Shown: one piece after another, positions 46,565-57,202 of the stretch
Layout of the letters: the number at the start of each line of letters is the position of its first letter
How positions within the stretch are numbered: the stretch's first letter is position 1
Assembly: GCA_012515515.1 (NCBI GenBank)
Contig: JAAYYE010000010.1
Location: 18,258 to 82,257, forward strand
Origin: Minisyncoccota bacterium
GTDB taxonomy: Bacteria > Patescibacteriota > Microgenomatia > UBA1400 > PJMF01
DNA: 64,000 bases
Direction of reading: 5' to 3'
Made by a program: the position numbers and the translations under genes
Notes under the pieces: generated by a model
Database searches by the model: none
Told to the model about the DNA's origin: nothing
What the model saw: the letters and a program-made list of their open reading frames with translations, nothing else

Positions 46565-47801
46565 TATATAAAAAATATAAACCGTAAGTAACTGCTGGAA
46601 ACCATAAAATTATTTGTTTATAAAGTAAGAGATTAGGTAAATCACGATCAAAAAATAACCAAGGCACATAAATAATATCTGGTAAATAGCTAAAAAGAGC
46701 GCTACAAGAAAAAATTAATAGACAATTTCTCCACCATTTGCTTTTTAATAGTGGTAAAAAAGCCATCGGCCAAATTAGATACCAAGTTAAAAAACGTTGA
46801 GAGCGAGCGGTAATTAGGGGTACAAAAAACGCAATGCTCATTAAATCCCAAAAATAGTAATTAATAAAGTTTCTTGCTTTGACAAACCAGGTGTTTTTGG
46901 CCAAAGCCAAATTCTTTATTTTATTTTCTAAAAATAAATAAAGAAAAAAAGGAATAGTTAATAGACTGGTATATTTAATAAAAATAGAAAATAATATTAA
47001 GGCGATTATTAAACATAAAAGTAAAAAATTCTTTTTACCTTCTTTGACAAATTTCTTAGTGAGTAAAAAAGCTAATAAAATTGGCCACATCATCCACCAA
47101 TCATTGTGAGCACTGCTTAAAGTTTCGATGAGAATTAGAGGATTGAGCAAGAGCATTGCCAAATGATAATTTTTTTTGGAATCATTGATTAATAATTTAT
47201 TTAAGCAGAAAGCACTGATGAGTAGGCCTAAAAAAGCAAATATTTTAAAATTTAACCAAGTAAAAATAAATTTACCAAAACCAAAAAAATAAGGAATAGT
47301 TGAAATTCCAGACCAAACCTCTCCATAAGGAGCAGCAGTGTGGGTATTATTCATAAAGCGGATCCAGGGATCAGCAGAAAATGTTAGAGCTACCACTCGG
47401 TGAGGGTTAACAGCATATTTGACCAACATTCTGGCATTAAATATGTAATTAAATACATCATGAGATAGGGCGTTATAACTAACTAATAGCAGTAAAACAA
47501 TCAATATAAGCAGTAAAACTATTTTTTTATTAGAAAAAATAGTTTTTTTTGGCCAAAATTTAATTAAATAAAAATAATTAATAATTAAAGCTGTTGTTAA
47601 AATTAAATAAACAATAATTCTTAGTGCATGATTGGGCAAAATTTTTTGCCATAAAAAATTTTGCCAATTAATAATAATGGGCTGATTAATTAAGGTTAAA
47701 TTGGGGTCAGTAAAGACATAAGAAAAAACTGCCCAAAATAGAAAAAGAATTAGATAGCTTAGCAAAAAAATTATAAACTTTTGCTTCTTATTGTTTAACA
47801 T
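46527..47801 (-). CDS. GT-C glycosyltransferase (MptA/B-like)
   Basis: Polytopic; S.D.FNY...R, NP, PYG..W, LNPL.LIE....HND, WY..W. Confidence 0.78.
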   Translation of the reverse strand: MLNNKKQKFIIFLLSYLILFLFWAVFSYVFTDPNLTLINQPIIINWQNFLWQKILPNHALRIIVYLILTTALIINYFYLIKFWPKKTIFSNKKIVLLLILIVLLLLVSYNALSHDVFNYIFNARMLVKYAVNPHRVVALTFSADPWIRFMNNTHTAAPYGEVWSGISTIPYFFGFGKFIFTWLNFKIFAFLGLLISAFCLNKLLINDSKKNYHLAMLLLNPLILIETLSSAHNDWWMMWPILLAFLLTKKFVKEGKKNFLLLCLIIALILFSIFIKYTSLLTIPFFLYLFLENKIKNLALAKNTWFVKARNFINYYFWDLMSIAFFVPLITARSQRFLTWYLIWPMAFLPLLKSKWWRNCLLIFSCSALFSYLPDIIYVPWLFFDRDLPNLLLYKQIILWFPAVTYGLYFLYNVISKHVKNTKR

Positions 47802-48564
47802 GATTGGGGTATTTTCCAGATAAATCAGCTATTCTAATGCGCATAATATCTAAAAACATTAAAAAAGAATCTTTTACAGGATTAACCCGATCAGTTTTAT
47901 GATGTTGCCAGATTACTGGTACCTCTTTCATTTTATAATTATATTTTTTAGCTAAATATAATAATTCCACATCAAAAGCTCCAGTAAATGCATCTCGACG
48001 ATGAGCCTGACCAGAATAGACGTAAAGTTTAGGGAACAAGTCTTTAGTTGCTTGAGCTGAAAATAATTTAAAACCGCATTGGGTGTCAAGCATTCCTGGG
48101 ACTGCTAATATTTGCACCAAGAGATTGAAGACTCTGCCCATCACATGGCGATAAACCGGCTCTTTTTGTCTTTGAGCACCAATAATTTCTCTTGAGCCAA
48201 AAATAATTTGAAACTGTTCAGAATATTTTAGTAAGGAATTAAGCTCGCTTAATGGAGTTGACTGATCAAAATCACTATATAATCGCCATTGTCCTTTTGC
48301 GGCTAACATCCCCGCGCTGACCGTTGGCCCTTTGCCTCGATGAGGATTTTTTAACACTCTAATGCGCTGATCTTTTTTAGCAAATTTTTCTAACAAGGCC
48401 GTCGTGCCATCGCTAGAGCCATCATCACTTAAAATTAATTCCCATGACTGCGGATACTGCTTAAGAAAATCATAAACTTCATCTAATACCCCCCGCTTAA
48501 TATTTCTTAATTCATTATAAGAGGGCAGAATGACGGATAAATAAATTGACATATTCTTACTCAT
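47788..48564 (-). CDS. GT2 polyprenyl-phosphate glucosyltransferase (Alg5-like)
   Basis: SVILPSYNE, DDGSSDGT, HRGKG, DFDQSTP, GSR, DTQCGFKLF, FDVELL. Confidence 0.88.
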   Translation of the reverse strand: MSKNMSIYLSVILPSYNELRNIKRGVLDEVYDFLKQYPQSWELILSDDGSSDGTTALLEKFAKKDQRIRVLKNPHRGKGPTVSAGMLAAKGQWRLYSDFDQSTPLSELNSLLKYSEQFQIIFGSREIIGAQRQKEPVYRHVMGRVFNLLVQILAVPGMLDTQCGFKLFSAQATKDLFPKLYVYSGQAHRRDAFTGAFDVELLYLAKKYNYKMKEVPVIWQHHKTDRVNPVKDSFLMFLDIMRIRIADLSGKYPNHVKQ

Positions 48565-50092
48565 TATAATTGTTTTCCGCTTTTCCTAATACGCTAATTT
48601 CCGGCCCCTGATCGAGCTGATATTTTTCTAAAATGTTTTTCTCAGGAAATACGGCAATTTCATAAATATTTAGATCAAGTAGATCTTCTTCTTTTTTCTC
48701 TTCATTAATGATGAAAAGTTTCTCAGCTTGATGATGATCTTCAATTTTGACTGGTGGGTTGGTCATGGTAGATAAGAAATAACGATAATTCATGCCGTAT
48801 AAATCCTTAGATTCAGAGAGCAAAACTATGTTATATTTTTCTCCACCTGCTACTCGATCATGAATGCTCTTGGCTACTGCCCTCATATCATTCACCCCCC
48901 AGCCACTATCAGCAAAATTATATAATTTTAGATTGTTAACAATAAAAACGAGAAGAAATACACCGCTCACTAAGTAAAATAACTTCTTTATTTTAATTTT
49001 ATCGAGTAAGTAAGCCTGAAAGATAGCCACCATTGGCAAAAGATAGGCAAAATAATGAGTGTAAATATCGTGTTGATATAAACTTAAGCCCGCTATACCC
49101 GTAAATAAATAAGCAAAAAGAACTTTGTCTGCTTTTTTAAGCTTATCTCGATTAGTGAATATGTAATAGAGAAAAAAAGCCAAACTAATATACATAAGCC
49201 AATAATTAATTTTCGATTCACCAAGTAAACTATCAAATAATACTGTTCTACCTTGTTTTCTTAAGTCATGGGTGAAAAGTTTAACTATGGCGTTAATGCC
49301 TTGTCGACCCTCTTTTCTTTCTAGTTTAAAACTTTCTTCTTTACCAACAATGTTTTTTAGAGCATTGATATTGCGCCAATCATGTTTCAGATCAAATAAT
49401 AATAGAGGAGTGAGAGAGAGCAAAAAAATTACTACTGACAAAAGGCCAAATTTAATTAGTTGTTTAGAATTTTTTTGGGAAATTTTCTTTTTTAAATCTA
49501 TTAGGAAAATAATGCCAGCACCAGCCAAGGACAAGAGTGTGACATAGTGCAACTGGGCTAAAATGCTAAACATGGCACTTACCAACAACCAATATCGACC
49601 ATCCTTTTTCCAGGCTAAATAAGTGAAATAAAACATTAACAAGGAAAAAAATGGTGCAGGATTGGGATTCCAACTAAAACGAGCTAAATTAATGTTAGTA
49701 CTGGAAAGGGCAAAAAAAATCGTGGCAAAAATGGCTATCTTGTTATTAAACATTTTTTTACTTATCAGATAAACTAAGGCCACGGTAATCACCGACAAGG
49801 CGGCTACGGCATAAACTGGGCCTATGGGATTAGGATAGCTAATAAACAAAAAAGGCAACATAAAATAATAGTAAAATGGTCCTAAATACATGTTGCCGAT
49901 GCTAGTGACTGGGCCAATAAAGACTGGATCCTTCTCTTTAAAAATGTTAGCTACTACAAGCGCGTCCCGACCTTGGTCGCCCATAAACATATAATTGTTG
50001 GGTAAATTATAAAAACGCAAAAACGTTGCAATAAGCAAAATGATGATTAAAAAAATATTATTGGGTGTTAAATATTTTTTGATTTTTTGCAT
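48557..50092 (-). CDS. GT-C glycosyltransferase (GT39/ArnT-like)
   Basis: LRFYNL, F.GDQGRD, GP..S...YLGP.YYY, RFSWNPN, QLH; polytopic. Confidence 0.82.
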   Translation of the reverse strand: MQKIKKYLTPNNIFLIIILLIATFLRFYNLPNNYMFMGDQGRDALVVANIFKEKDPVFIGPVTSIGNMYLGPFYYYFMLPFLFISYPNPIGPVYAVAALSVITVALVYLISKKMFNNKIAIFATIFFALSSTNINLARFSWNPNPAPFFSLLMFYFTYLAWKKDGRYWLLVSAMFSILAQLHYVTLLSLAGAGIIFLIDLKKKISQKNSKQLIKFGLLSVVIFLLSLTPLLLFDLKHDWRNINALKNIVGKEESFKLERKEGRQGINAIVKLFTHDLRKQGRTVLFDSLLGESKINYWLMYISLAFFLYYIFTNRDKLKKADKVLFAYLFTGIAGLSLYQHDIYTHYFAYLLPMVAIFQAYLLDKIKIKKLFYLVSGVFLLVFIVNNLKLYNFADSGWGVNDMRAVAKSIHDRVAGGEKYNIVLLSESKDLYGMNYRYFLSTMTNPPVKIEDHHQAEKLFIINEEKKEEDLLDLNIYEIAVFPEKNILEKYQLDQGPEISVLGKAENNYNE

Positions 50093-50110
50093 TTAAAAAT
50101 TAACTTTAAA

Positions 50111-51298
50111 TTATTTCTTTTTTTTCCAAATGAAATTATTGTAAGCAAAAAAATTCCAAAACATGCCAATTAAAATACCAGTAACGGCGTAGATCATGCC
50201 AGTATCAACATCGATTGAAACAATTGGTAGAGTAAACAGTTTAAACAAACCAATGGTATTTTCTCCAATGGTTGCCACCAGCATTTGGATAACTAGCGAA
50301 CCCATAGAGGCTAAATTAAATTCTAAAAACTTTTTGAGAATTGATTGGTTTTTAATTTTTCGATCAGCAAAAGTCCAAAGATTATTAAGAATAAAGTTAC
50401 AAATAATTGCTGTTTCAGTACTTAAGATAGTTGCTAAAGTAAAATCACTAAAAAATGCATATTGAAAATCTGGAATTAAGAAACGGTATAAAGTTAATGA
50501 GGAGAGTTGAACCAAGGCACCAGTTAAACCAACTGCAGCAAATTTAAATATCCTTGAATTGAATATTTCTTGAATTCTCACTTTCATAATATATAACAAA
50601 GTATTTTTGATATACTCTGGTCCTATTTTGCTTTTACCGATTTCCCGATCTTTAAAAGCAAAAGCTACTTCATTAATTTTAAATTTTTTTTGTCGGGCTT
50701 TATTTAAGAAGCCGATTTGAAAAGTATAACCGAAAAATCGCTCAGACTCCAGTTCTTTGGCGACGGCTTGATAAACTTCTTTTTTGATTGCTCGAAAACC
50801 AGTTGTCCAATCTTTGATAGAGAAATCCCACATGACAGTGCGAATAAATAAATTACCAAAAACACTTAAAAATTTTCGATGTAATCCCCAGTTTTCTGGG
50901 ATAGAGCCGCCTTTTATATAACGTGAACCCAAAACAAGATCACTACCTTCATTAATTTGCTCAAGCATTTGCGGAATTTTTTGTGGATCATGTGAGAGAT
51001 CTGCATCAAATTCAAAAACGACATCAGCTTGGAGTTGATTAAAAGCATGATCCATACCTTTTAAATAGGCTGCCCCTAAACCCTCTTTATTTTTTTTCAG
51101 CAATAATTTTAAAAAAGGATATTGTTTTTGCAACTTTTTGACGACCTGAGCAGTCCCATCTGGAGAATTATCATCAACCACTAAAATTTGCATTTGCCAA
51201 TCATGGATTTGCTGAAAAACTGCTGCAAGTTTTTTAATAGTTATTGGTAAATTTCCTGCCTCGTTATAAGTGGGGATAATAACAATTGCTTTTGACAT
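50111..51298 (-). CDS. Polyprenol-phosphate mannose synthase-like GT2 fused to a GtrA domain
   Basis: IIPTYNE, VDDNSPDGT, GLG.AY, DADLSHDP, GSRY, D.T.GFRA; C-terminal GtrA domain (KFAAVG, NF.LNN.WTF, WNF). Confidence 0.9.
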   Translation of the reverse strand: MSKAIVIIPTYNEAGNLPITIKKLAAVFQQIHDWQMQILVVDDNSPDGTAQVVKKLQKQYPFLKLLLKKNKEGLGAAYLKGMDHAFNQLQADVVFEFDADLSHDPQKIPQMLEQINEGSDLVLGSRYIKGGSIPENWGLHRKFLSVFGNLFIRTVMWDFSIKDWTTGFRAIKKEVYQAVAKELESERFFGYTFQIGFLNKARQKKFKINEVAFAFKDREIGKSKIGPEYIKNTLLYIMKVRIQEIFNSRIFKFAAVGLTGALVQLSSLTLYRFLIPDFQYAFFSDFTLATILSTETAIICNFILNNLWTFADRKIKNQSILKKFLEFNLASMGSLVIQMLVATIGENTIGLFKLFTLPIVSIDVDTGMIYAVTGILIGMFWNFFAYNNFIWKKKK

Positions 51299-51308
51299 AT
51301 TTATACAT

Positions 51309-52286
51309 TTAAGCAGCTGATTTTTTTTCGATCTCTAGGTCAGCTTCAACCATGAGTTTGACTAAATCTGCAAAACCCACACTGGGTTGCCAATTGAGTT
51401 TCGTTTTAGCTTTACTAGCATCACCAATTAATAAATCCACCTCTGCTGGACGATCAAAGGCAGGATTGTGTTTGTAATATTGTTGCCAATCGCCAAGGTC
51501 GGCAGCCTGACAAGCCAATTCAAGAAATTCTTGAACACTGTGGGTTTCGCCAGTGGCAATAACATAATCATCGGGATTTTCTTGTTGGAGCATCAAATGC
51601 ATGGCTCTCACATAGTCTTTAGCGTAACCCCAATCTCTTTTAGCATCCAGGTTGCCTAATTCCACATATTGTTGTTTGCCTAGTTTGATTCGAGCAATAG
51701 CATTACTAATTTTTCTAGTAACAAATTCTAAACCGCGTCGAGGTGACTCATGATTAAATAAAATACCAGAGACGGCAAACATATCGTATGACTCTCGATA
51801 ATTAACCGTGATCCAGTGTCCATAAATCTTGGCAACTCCATAAGGCGAGCGGGGATAAAAAGGAGTATTTTCATTTTGCGGTACTTCGCGAACTTTACCA
51901 AACATTTCGCTTGAGCTGGCCTGATAAAATTTGGCTTCTGGACAGGCTAAACGCACCGCTTCGAGAACTCTGGTAACACCAATAGCGGTGAATTCACCGG
52001 TGAGAATCGGTTGTTCCCAAGAGGCCTGAACAAATGATTGGGCGGCTAAGTTGTAGACTTCATCGGGTTTAATTTTTTGCAGGGCAAAGGTGAGTGAATG
52101 CTGATCCATTAAATCACCAGAAACTAATTTTAAATTGGGATTGTGGATAATATTTTGAATTCTAGCAAAATTTTGCGTGCTAGTACGTCTAGTCAAACCA
52201 TAAACCTGATATCCTTCTTCTAACAATAATTCAGCCAAATATGAACCATCTTGACCAGTAATTCCGGTGATAAATGCTTTTTTCAT
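51309..52286 (-). CDS. gmd: GDP-mannose 4,6-dehydratase
   Basis: [49 protein letters not shown]. Confidence 0.97.
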   Translation of the reverse strand: MKKAFITGITGQDGSYLAELLLEEGYQVYGLTRRTSTQNFARIQNIIHNPNLKLVSGDLMDQHSLTFALQKIKPDEVYNLAAQSFVQASWEQPILTGEFTAIGVTRVLEAVRLACPEAKFYQASSSEMFGKVREVPQNENTPFYPRSPYGVAKIYGHWITVNYRESYDMFAVSGILFNHESPRRGLEFVTRKISNAIARIKLGKQQYVELGNLDAKRDWGYAKDYVRAMHLMLQQENPDDYVIATGETHSVQEFLELACQAADLGDWQQYYKHNPAFDRPAEVDLLIGDASKAKTKLNWQPSVGFADLVKLMVEADLEIEKKSAA

Positions 52287-52289
52287 AAT

Positions 52290-53258
52290 TTACCTTTCTT
52301 CGCTTTGATCTGCCTGTTTGCGCCACCAATTAAGCACTCTTTCTAGGGTGGCGTCAAGAGAATATTGAGTGTCCCAAGCTAAATTTTTTATTTTTTTATT
52401 ATCACAAATTAGTATTGGGCGATCACTTGGTCTTAAGAGTGCTGGATCAGTTTCTAATTTTATATCAACTTTGGCGAGAGCGATTAGTTTATCTAAAACT
52501 TCTTGCATGCTATAGCCAATTCCAGAACCAACATTATAAACTTCAGCACTCACGCCCTGATTCATTAGCAGGATGTAGGCTCTAACCACGTCTTTGACAT
52601 CTGTTAAATCTCTAATTGTCGACAAATTACCCACTTTCATCACCTCACTTTGACCCCTCTCGATTTGCACAATTTCATGGGCAAAATCACTCACCGCAAA
52701 ACCTAAAGCTTGTCGCTCGCCAATGTGATTAAAAGGTCTAACCCGAACAATGTCTAGCTTTTCACTTTGGCTATAAGAATAACTTAAAAAATCTTGAATC
52801 ATTTTTGAGAGTGCGTAGGGATTGGTGGGGCCAAGTGGCGCGTTTTCATCTAATTTTTGATCGGAATCTTGATATTCAAGGGCGCTGCCCACACTTAAAA
52901 GCCGAGCTTTAGGACAACACTCCTTGACCGCATCAAGAATGTTAAGCTGTAATTTTAGATGAGTTTCTAAAATAAACTGTTGTTGTTTGAAACTATTTCC
53001 GACATTAGCTAGTGATGCCAAGTGGTAGATTTGCTGAGGCTGGAGTTTATTTAATAAAGCCTTAGTTTGTTCGTGATCGGTTAAATCAAGAGCGTGAATA
53101 TGCTCATTGCCCAGTAAATCATTTAAAAAACCAGCTTGATCGCGAAAGGCCGTGACATGAATATTGCTGTAGCCCAATTCAAGCAGGGCTTCAACTAAAT
53201 GACTGCCAGCAAAACCAGTACCGCCAGTAATCAAAATTGTTTGTTTTTTATCAAGCAT
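52290..53258 (-). CDS. rmd: GDP-4-keto-6-deoxy-D-mannose reductase (Rmd-like)
   Basis: TGGTGFAG, PYALSK, RPFNHIG, GNL...RD.TDV.DVV.AY; adjacent to gmd. Confidence 0.75.
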   Translation of the reverse strand: MLDKKQTILITGGTGFAGSHLVEALLELGYSNIHVTAFRDQAGFLNDLLGNEHIHALDLTDHEQTKALLNKLQPQQIYHLASLANVGNSFKQQQFILETHLKLQLNILDAVKECCPKARLLSVGSALEYQDSDQKLDENAPLGPTNPYALSKMIQDFLSYSYSQSEKLDIVRVRPFNHIGERQALGFAVSDFAHEIVQIERGQSEVMKVGNLSTIRDLTDVKDVVRAYILLMNQGVSAEVYNVGSGIGYSMQEVLDKLIALAKVDIKLETDPALLRPSDRPILICDNKKIKNLAWDTQYSLDATLERVLNWWRKQADQSEER

Positions 53259-54548
53259 TTATGACCTTCCAATGCCCACATACTGATAATTGGCTTGCTT
53301 AATTATTTCTGGATTTAGTTGATTGCGACAATCAAAAATAGTTTGTGGTTTATTTTCTTTATACTGGGCATAGGGGAATTGGACAATTTCAGGCCACTCA
53401 ACCACTAAAAAGATGGCGTCAGCCTCCTTAATTGCTTCTTCAATAGTATTAACTTGCTGATGATTTTGATATTTTTCCTTGGTAAATTGTTCATAATTAG
53501 CCATTGGATCAAAACTCTTGATGTCGGCACCTTTGTTGGCTAAATAGGGGATAATTTTAGTGCTTGGCGCTTCACGCATATCATCGGTATTAGGTTTGAA
53601 AGATAAACCTAGTACAGCCACTTTTTTATTAGCAAAACCATCAATCTGTTTTTCAAAATTAATTAATAAATCAAAAATGCGTTGTTTATTAATTTCATTA
53701 ACTTTATTCATTAAATTACCTTCTTCACCCACAGTCCTTGAATAAGCAGCTAATTCTTTGACGTCCTTAGGAAAACAAGAGCCGCCGTAGCCTAAACCAG
53801 GATACCAGTAGTGTTGACCAATTCTTTGATCCAGACCAATCACATTAATGACTTCCTCAATGTCAGCCCCGTTTTTTTGACAGAGATTGGCAATCTCGTT
53901 AATAAAAGTAATACGGGTGGCCAAATAAGTATTGGCAGTATATTTAGCCATTTGTGCTGAAGCGACGCCACAGTGCACAATGGGCGCATTCAAAGCCTGG
54001 TGCAGTTGATCTAATTTTTCAAAAACAAAATCGTCTGTAGCACCAATGACGATTCGGTCAGGATGAAGGGTATCGTGGACAGCGCTACCTTCTCTGAGGA
54101 ACTCTGGTAGTGAAGCCCCATAAAATTTAACTTTAGTTTGCTGTTTAACGAGTTCCATCAGTTTTTCTAAGGTTCCTGGTGGCACAGTAGATTTAATGGC
54201 GATAATGGCATCTTTTTGCAAGTAAGGAGCTAGACTTTCGGCACTACTCATTACATAACGCAAATCAGCGGTTTCATCTGGAGCAGAGGGTGTGCCAACA
54301 GCAATAATAATCAGCTCGCTCTGGCTGATAGCCTCCTGATAAGATGTAGTAAAACTTAGTTTTCCAGCCTGCTGCTGCTCAATCAATAAATCTTCTAAAC
54401 CAGGCTCAAAAAATGGAACTTGGCCTTTTTTTAATTTATTAATTTTTTCTTGATCAACATCTAAACCAATCACTTGATTACCAAGTGAAGCATAAATGGC
54501 GGCTGATACCACCCCAACAAAACCAGTGCCAATAATAGTGATGTGCAT
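53259..54548 (-). CDS. ugd: UDP-glucose/GDP-mannose 6-dehydrogenase
   Basis: IGTGFVG, AVGTP, KSTVPPG, PEFLREG, GYGGSCFPKD, FKPNTDDMREAP. Confidence 0.92.
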   Translation of the reverse strand: MHITIIGTGFVGVVSAAIYASLGNQVIGLDVDQEKINKLKKGQVPFFEPGLEDLLIEQQQAGKLSFTTSYQEAISQSELIIIAVGTPSAPDETADLRYVMSSAESLAPYLQKDAIIAIKSTVPPGTLEKLMELVKQQTKVKFYGASLPEFLREGSAVHDTLHPDRIVIGATDDFVFEKLDQLHQALNAPIVHCGVASAQMAKYTANTYLATRITFINEIANLCQKNGADIEEVINVIGLDQRIGQHYWYPGLGYGGSCFPKDVKELAAYSRTVGEEGNLMNKVNEINKQRIFDLLINFEKQIDGFANKKVAVLGLSFKPNTDDMREAPSTKIIPYLANKGADIKSFDPMANYEQFTKEKYQNHQQVNTIEEAIKEADAIFLVVEWPEIVQFPYAQYKENKPQTIFDCRNQLNPEIIKQANYQYVGIGRS

Positions 54549-54623
54549 AATTTCTTAAATACTTTGTATTTGTACCTTTGTATTATAATGATTAGCAGAA
54601 TATAACGCCAGTAAGAGAAAATT

Positions 54624-55283
54624 ATGCAGATTAATATTTTAACTATTTTCCCTGAGTATTTTAGCGATGTTTTAAACACCTCCATTCTCAAAAGAGCTCA
54701 GCAAAAAAATCTTGTGTCTTATCGGGTGATTAATCTTCGTGATTTTGCTCAAGACAAGCACCAGACAACCGATGATCGGCCATTTGGTGGTGGTCCTGGT
54801 ATGGTGATGATGATTGAGCCAATCGACCTCGCCCTGCAAAGTCTCAAGCAGCAAAAGGGAACTCCTAATAAAAAAATTATTTTAACTTCAGCCAAGGGGC
54901 AACTGTTTAAACAAGAAATTGCGCAGAACTGGAGTCAGCTAGAGGAGTTAACAATTATTTGCGGTCATTATGAGGGAGTTGATGAACGAGTCGCTCAATA
55001 TTTAGTTGATGAAGAAATTCGCATTGGTGATTATGTGATGACGGGAGGAGAAGCAGCTGCCTTAGTGATTAGTGATGCGCTCGTTCGGCTTATTCCTGGT
55101 GTATTGGGTAACGCAGCCAGTGGAGTTGATGAGTCTCATGCGCAAAGTGGCCTAGCTGGTCCAGCCCAATATACCAGGCCTGCTCAATACAAAAATTGGT
55201 CGGTCCCTGAAGCTTTACTTTCAGGCGATCCAAAACAAATTGAAGCACATAAAGCGCAGTCAAGAATTAAACTTAAAAATTAA
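54624..55283 (+). CDS. trmD: tRNA (guanine37-N1)-methyltransferase
   Basis: DDRPFGGGPGM, CGHYEGVDER, IGDYVMTGGE, QYTRP, VPE.LLSG. Confidence 0.97.
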   Translation: MQINILTIFPEYFSDVLNTSILKRAQQKNLVSYRVINLRDFAQDKHQTTDDRPFGGGPGMVMMIEPIDLALQSLKQQKGTPNKKIILTSAKGQLFKQEIAQNWSQLEELTIICGHYEGVDERVAQYLVDEEIRIGDYVMTGGEAAALVISDALVRLIPGVLGNAASGVDESHAQSGLAGPAQYTRPAQYKNWSVPEALLSGDPKQIEAHKAQSRIKLKN

Positions 55284-55287
55284 AAAA

Positions 55288-56181
55288 TTAAGCTTTAATT
55301 TCAGCAATGGCAGTGTCAATTGTTCTTAATGGAAAATCCAAAACCGCTTTTAATTTATCAACAGCTAAAGCGGTATTTTTTTGATAAGGACGCTGACTAG
55401 TTTTTAAGTAATCATTGAGGCTGCCGGCTTCGACTTGATAATTGAGCTGTTTTTTTTGGGCAATTGTTTGAGCAAAAGCAAAATCAGTCCACTGTTCACC
55501 GCTACTGGCGTTAAACAGCCCAGTCAATTGCAAACGAATGACTGCATCTAGAACTTTAGCAAAATCATCAATATAAGTTGGCCCAAAAAAGTGATCATTA
55601 AATTGAGGATATATTTTGCCTTGTTTCATGCCCGTAATCAGTTTCCAGGCAAGATCTAATTTGGGAAAGGGGTCGGAGCGAAAAGGTTGATCAATACGCA
55701 AAATAGTCCAGTTTAAATTTGGCGTACTTTGAATTAACTCTTCAGCCCAAGCCTTAGTTTGCCCATACCATTCAATCGGTGACAGAGGATCTGCTTCTGT
55801 GTATAAGCTTTCTTTTTGCCCATCGAAAACATAGGCAGTAGAAATATGAATTAAGTGCTTATGATATTTTTGACAAGCAAGGGCAATATTTTGCGTGCCA
55901 TGCACATTAACTTGATAACACAAGCCATTTTTATCCCCATTTTCTTGCCAAGCAGCTGTCACATCGGTAAAAGCAGCAAAGTGAATTAAAAAATCTGCGC
56001 TAGATTGAGCAATAATTTTTTCCACCTGTTGGTAATTGGTAATGTCGACCGGCCGTTCTGGATCGCGTAAATCTAAGTTGTCAAATTGATAGTGATTAGC
56101 AAAATCACTGACAAACTTAGAGCCAACTAAGCCGTTCAAACCCGTTCCTAAAATCGCTTTTTTAGGCATTGTTGTTTCCAT
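55288..56181 (-). CDS. rmlD: dTDP-4-dehydrorhamnose reductase
   Basis: TG.NGLVG, AAFTDV, VN..GT, HISTAYVFDG, YGQTK. Confidence 0.88.
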   Translation of the reverse strand: METTMPKKAILGTGLNGLVGSKFVSDFANHYQFDNLDLRDPERPVDITNYQQVEKIIAQSSADFLIHFAAFTDVTAAWQENGDKNGLCYQVNVHGTQNIALACQKYHKHLIHISTAYVFDGQKESLYTEADPLSPIEWYGQTKAWAEELIQSTPNLNWTILRIDQPFRSDPFPKLDLAWKLITGMKQGKIYPQFNDHFFGPTYIDDFAKVLDAVIRLQLTGLFNASSGEQWTDFAFAQTIAQKKQLNYQVEAGSLNDYLKTSQRPYQKNTALAVDKLKAVLDFPLRTIDTAIAEIKA

Positions 56182-57202
56182 ATTGTTCTTGAAAATATTC
56201 TTGATTTTTTGCTTTTAATGGACGCCACCAATCTTCATGTTGCTGATACCAGTCGATTGTTTGTTGAAGACCTGTGCGTAGATCGACACTGGGTTGCCAG
56301 CCGAGCTCTTTTTCACTGGCAGAAAAATCCACGCTATAACGACGGTCATGTCCCGGACGATCTTTAATCATCTCAATGGCGCTTTCATCTTTACCCATCA
56401 GCTGAATAATCATTTTAATCAATTCAAGATTAGAAATATCTTTATACAAACCGCCAAACAAATAGGTTTCGCCAACTTTTCCCTTAGTCAGCACTGCTTC
56501 AATCCCACGACAATGATCTTGTACATACAACCAGTCTCTAACATATAAACCGTCTCCATAAACTGGCACTTGCTTACCATCGATTAAATTTGTAATAGCT
56601 AAAGGAATTAGTTTTTCAGGAAATTGATATTCACCATAATTGTTTGAACAGTTGCTAATAGTAAATGGTAAGCCGTAAGTATCGCCATAAGCTCTGACTA
56701 AATGATCAGCTGCCGCTTTACTGGCGCTGTAGGGACTGTGAGGTTGGTAAGGCGTGTTTTTGCTAAATTTTTCTTGATTGTTTAATGGGAGCGCTCCAAA
56801 AACCTCGTCAGTCGAAATATGATGGAAGCGTTCAACCTGGTGTTTTAAGGCAGCTTCTAGCAAAACTTGAGTGCCAATAATATTAGTTTCTAAGAAGAGT
56901 TTAGGATCGAGTATTGAGCGATCAACATGAGATTCAGCGGCAAAGTGCACGACAATGTCAACTCCTCTCATCGCTTGATCAACTAATGTTTGATCACAAA
57001 TGTTGCCTTGAACAAAATGATAATTGGCTTGCTGTTCAACATCCTTTAAGTTTTCCAGATTTCCAGCGTAAGTCAGCAAGTCTAAATTTAGCACATGATC
57101 TTCAGGATGATTTTTCAGCCAATAATGAATAAAATTAGCTCCGATGAATCCAGCTCCGCCAGTGACCAAAAGATTTTTTGCCATCTCAATCCTTTTTTTC
57201 AT
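56162..57202 (-). CDS. rmlB: dTDP-glucose 4,6-dehydratase
   Basis: VTGGAGFIG, LTYAGN, AAESHVDRSI, STDEV, PYSASKA, CSNNYG..QFPEKLIP, DRPGHD.RY. Confidence 0.97.
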   Translation of the reverse strand: MKKRIEMAKNLLVTGGAGFIGANFIHYWLKNHPEDHVLNLDLLTYAGNLENLKDVEQQANYHFVQGNICDQTLVDQAMRGVDIVVHFAAESHVDRSILDPKLFLETNIIGTQVLLEAALKHQVERFHHISTDEVFGALPLNNQEKFSKNTPYQPHSPYSASKAAADHLVRAYGDTYGLPFTISNCSNNYGEYQFPEKLIPLAITNLIDGKQVPVYGDGLYVRDWLYVQDHCRGIEAVLTKGKVGETYLFGGLYKDISNLELIKMIIQLMGKDESAIEMIKDRPGHDRRYSVDFSASEKELGWQPSVDLRTGLQQTIDWYQQHEDWWRPLKAKNQEYFQEQYGNNNA

